Virus genome (UHGV): UHGV-1410950
DNA length: 64,000 nt
Source of the DNA: a virus
Direction: 5' to 3' (one strand)
Below, piece by piece: positions 61,141 through 64,000 of this stretch. The notes beneath the pieces are model-generated. The model searched no databases, was not told the DNA's origin, and saw nothing but the letters and a program-made list of their open reading frames with translations. The translations under genes and the position numbers were made by a program. Positions within the stretch are counted from its first letter, which is position 1, and each line of letters begins with the position of its first letter.

Positions 61141-62412
61141 TTATACCAGTGATACGCGGCAGTTAGTGACGTAGACGCGCTTGTTAGCGCCACCTTTCAG
61201 AATCACCTTCACACGCACCGCAGCACCCGCGATCAGTTTACCGTTGGTTGTGACGCCAGCAGTGGTGTCACCAGCCTTGATCGTAAATTTGCGGTCGGTC
61301 ATGTTGGCCTGATTGCCCGGCGTTGATCCGGTCTGCTCCAGCTTCGTCCAGACCATTGAGCTCGACGGGTTCTTGTCGATAGCCAGATACACCTCAATGG
61401 TCGCGTTGTTTGCATCGACCGCTGTCAGGTATACCGTTGCCGCCATAGGGTTCTGCGGGTCGCCAGAAAAAGCACGGCTGACGTATGATCCCTCGGCGGC
61501 AATTGAACCAGCGATAATCTGCGAGCCCGGATCCAGCAATGCAGACGCGTAGCCGTCAGGCGTTGAGCGCACGACCGCAGACACTTTGATGTCCCCGGTG
61601 ATCGCAGACGCGTTCTGGATAACCTGCCCATCAGAAACGGTCTGCGTGGTGCCGTTCGGGAACTCCAGCAGGAAGTTAGCGTCAGCCCCGGTCGCCGGAA
61701 CAGTCGAAAGCATGGACACAAGGAAGTCGGTCGCGTTGTTCACGCTCACGGTGCCCAGCGGCATGGTTTTCGATGCCTGAGTGTATTTGCGGCAAAGCAG
61801 GCGGAACGTCAGATCGCGGTCTTGGTGCGCCGTCCACGTTGACGCGTTCGCAGAGCTCAGCAGTACGCCTACCTGATACGGCTGGCTGGAAACGTAGCCA
61901 CCACCTGCGAGGTTAGGTTTCCCCAGCTCAGAGATCCCCACAGCCATGTCGGCATCGTTACAGAGCACCACCACGGCATACTCGGTATTTGGCAGGCTGT
62001 AGAACGGCTCAGCGAATACCACGCGGTTATAAGCGCCTTCAACGATGTTAACCGGATCCAGTCTGCCTTCCGCCAGAATGGTCGTGGTCGGGAAGCCTAC
62101 TTGAGTGTCGCGCAGCTGGACGATTAGCGGGGTATTACCCTTCTTCGTCACCCAGATCTCAACCGCAGCCAGATGGCGTGCAGAGTCAGCGATAAAGGTC
62201 TGCGCCAGCGGATCGTAATACGCCTGCGAAACGTTGGTGACTTTGCGCATGTTGTTGGTAACGACAGTACCCTGCCCGGTAAACATCGCGTCGCCGTTGC
62301 CGCCCTGAGTGCCTTTAAATTGCACCAGTTTTGTCCCCGCCCTTACCTTGGGCGGGATTTTGAATTTGCCGCGCACTACGCCATTGGCATCGGCTTTTAA
62401 TGAAGTTGGCAT
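61141..62412 (-). CDS. virion structural protein (tail-associated)
   Basis: 423 aa, Thr/Ser/Gly/Val-rich beta-like composition, in the structural operon. Confidence 0.5.
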   Translation of the reverse strand: MPTSLKADANGVVRGKFKIPPKVRAGTKLVQFKGTQGGNGDAMFTGQGTVVTNNMRKVTNVSQAYYDPLAQTFIADSARHLAAVEIWVTKKGNTPLIVQLRDTQVGFPTTTILAEGRLDPVNIVEGAYNRVVFAEPFYSLPNTEYAVVVLCNDADMAVGISELGKPNLAGGGYVSSQPYQVGVLLSSANASTWTAHQDRDLTFRLLCRKYTQASKTMPLGTVSVNNATDFLVSMLSTVPATGADANFLLEFPNGTTQTVSDGQVIQNASAITGDIKVSAVVRSTPDGYASALLDPGSQIIAGSIAAEGSYVSRAFSGDPQNPMAATVYLTAVDANNATIEVYLAIDKNPSSSMVWTKLEQTGSTPGNQANMTDRKFTIKAGDTTAGVTTNGKLIAGAAVRVKVILKGGANKRVYVTNCRVSLV

Positions 62413-62425
62413 TTAAAACTCCTTA

Positions 62426-64000
62426 TTACGGCGTCGGGTTGACAGAGATACTGTCAAAGAATACGGAATCCAGCGGCTCATTCGGCGCAAAGCCAGTCAG
62501 GACAAAGGCCACGTCGATTTCACGCAGGTACTCATCATCGCGGGTAGTCGTGCTCACCAGCTCAGTGGTTTCCGTCGATCCCGTGACCTGAGTCGTGCCA
62601 TGAATGCCCAGCTGGAATGACCACGGCGCGTACACTACCGTTGTGAAATAACGCGTTTCAGCGGATAGCCAGTTGGTCTCAGTGCGCACCCAGCGGTCGA
62701 TTGACGGGTTGAGCGTGACCTGAGCCGGGAACGGCGCAAACGCCATGTACGGGTTAACTTTCATTTCCCCGGTACGCGCGGTGTTACTCAGCACGGTCTC
62801 GTACACAAAGTCACACGACAGCTGAGAGGTGATATCCGCTCTTGGCGTTGATACATCAGTAACTTCCGGGCCAGCGATAGGCAGCTGTAATGCACCTGAC
62901 GCAATGGCGGCGGTCTGTGTGAACGATGGATCGCGGTTATCTTCCCCGGTCATCGGATCGACAAATACGCCTTTCTTCGCAGCACTCTCGCGGGTGTTAA
63001 CATCCGTCAGGAGGTTCAGTTGGGCGATGAGGTCAGTCATGGTGTCCATGCGCTGATTCATGCCTTCCAGATCCGACATTGAGACCATGCGCACGGCGTC
63101 GCTGATCACATAGTCCTGATTATGGCCTGAGCCATGAGGGCCGGAATACCAGGTGTGATAGACCTGAGCCAGCGCGAGGACGTTGCTCGGTACCTGCGGA
63201 TAAATCGGGTTGAAGTCAGACGCAACGCCGTTAATCCAGCTGAATTTCCCGGTCTCGTCGATAACCAGACGGTCGATACGCGGCAGCTTACTTTCGTAAG
63301 AAACCAGAATATCGGTACCAGCCACCGCGCCCTTGATCTGGAATGCGGTATCAGTGAAGCTGTCCGCCACAGCCAGACCATCGGTGTAGGTATAGATGGC
63401 GTGATATTTCTGGCCCACGGCTGGCTCTTTGGAGCCAGATCCACTCAGAGACCAGTCAATCTGGTCAGTGATGTCCTGCCCGGTGCTGGTTTTCGCGTAC
63501 TGCCAGTCAGTGCCCTTGATGTAGACCACTTCCGCTGGCGTGCCGCCCGGCCCTGCTGGTACATAGACCTTGCTGATCGCTTTCGCGGTCGGCTGTCCAA
63601 GGTTGTCGATACCACCAGCCTGCTGCCCGCGCGTCAGCTCCTCATCGGTCTGACGGGTGATCACCACTTTGGTGATGCGGTTGATAGGCGGACGGAACAC
63701 GTCAACAGATTCGGTGCCACCGCCCTTGGCGTTGTGCGCCTCAGAGTCGATGACTTTCAGATCCGGCGTGAATGCCTGCAACAGACGGCGTGCAGCTGGC
63801 AGCGCGATAGCGAAACCATTAACACGGGCGCGGCCTGCGTCGATGTTGAACACGTACTTTTGCGAGCCCGGATCATCATCCATGCGGGAAACGCGCATAC
63901 CGCTCACCACGTAGTTGGAACCATTCGAGTCCACGTCATACTTGGCGATAGCCTGCGTTACCGCGTCGAGGTTCGGCGGGGGCTCTTTCGCACGCAGCTG
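62426..64000 (-). CDS. virion structural protein, partial (5' end beyond window)
   Basis: The frame is open to the window edge. The track's M at 63934 is a GTG, and the frame continues upstream. Confidence 0.55.
   Translation of the reverse strand, partial: QLRAKEPPPNLDAVTQAIAKYDVDSNGSNYVVSGMRVSRMDDDPGSQKYVFNIDAGRARVNGFAIALPAARRLLQAFTPDLKVIDSEAHNAKGGGTESVDVFRPPINRITKVVITRQTDEELTRGQQAGGIDNLGQPTAKAISKVYVPAGPGGTPAEVVYIKGTDWQYAKTSTGQDITDQIDWSLSGSGSKEPAVGQKYHAIYTYTDGLAVADSFTDTAFQIKGAVAGTDILVSYESKLPRIDRLVIDETGKFSWINGVASDFNPIYPQVPSNVLALAQVYHTWYSGPHGSGHNQDYVISDAVRMVSMSDLEGMNQRMDTMTDLIAQLNLLTDVNTRESAAKKGVFVDPMTGEDNRDPSFTQTAAIASGALQLPIAGPEVTDVSTPRADITSQLSCDFVYETVLSNTARTGEMKVNPYMAFAPFPAQVTLNPSIDRWVRTETNWLSAETRYFTTVVYAPWSFQLGIHGTTQVTGSTETTELVSTTTRDDEYLREIDVAFVLTGFAPNEPLDSVFFDSISVNPTP

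Noticed and set aside
1-64000. Integrase, attachment site or prophage boundary
   Set aside because: No tyrosine or serine recombinase motifs, no tRNA, and no direct-repeat pair flanking a module were found. The window appears internal to the element.

Overview
This 64-kb window is phage or phage-plasmid DNA with very high coding density, not chromosomal backbone. No integrase, attachment site, tRNA or CRISPR array was found. The calls rest on motif recognition by eye; no database search was possible. Order of blocks along the + strand: (1) 1-9.2 kb, minus strand: a translationally coupled module ending in a 2251-aa protein (2433..9188) with a C-terminal ADP-ribosyltransferase (ART) domain, internal ~30-aa repeats and a kinase-like segment, followed by a Nudix hydrolase with a Pro/Ala/Lys-rich N-terminal extension. 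(2) 9.2-39.4 kb, minus strand: about 60 mostly small early-type genes, including three DNA methyltransferases (a ParB-methylase fusion, an MT-A70-like enzyme and a small DPPH enzyme), a Cro/CI-like and an XRE-like helix-turn-helix protein, an AlpA-like regulator, several Cys-rich zinc-ribbon proteins and small membrane proteins. Also here are a YadA/Eib-like trimeric autotransporter with its own promoter and terminator, and an AT-rich accessory island (36.9-38.9 kb) holding a secreted 16-aa-repeat protein, three tandem ~101-bp DNA repeats and a two-gene cassette of unknown function with its own promoter and terminator. (3) 39.5-42.9 kb, plus strand: small genes, two with signal peptides. (4) 43-50.8 kb, minus strand: a replication module of TOPRIM primase fused to a P-loop helicase, a VRR-NUC protein, an HNH protein, an SSB, a superfamily 2 (SF2) DEAH helicase interrupted in its Walker A P-loop by a 351-aa LAGLIDADG intein, and a helix-turn-helix protein. 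(5) 50.9-56.3 kb, plus strand: a PD-(D/E)XK nuclease, an SMC/RecF-like ATPase, a protein with an SSB-like acidic C-terminal tip, an HU-like protein and a Dda/RecD-like helicase. (6) 56.3-64 kb, minus strand: a lysis cassette (holin, signal-peptide lytic transglycosylase, two extra membrane proteins, inner- and outer-membrane spanins), then a tail fiber with a C-terminal S74-type chaperone domain and two structural proteins, the last running off the window. Transcription signals recur: a family of at least ten sigma70-like promoters sharing a CGTA(A)TAAT -10 element, often with a CGTCA-N4-TGACG palindrome in the spacer; conserved CAACC...GAGGAA leaders; and four cases where a terminator hairpin carries the ribosome-binding site (Shine-Dalgarno, SD) in its 3' arm with the next ATG directly after the U-run.
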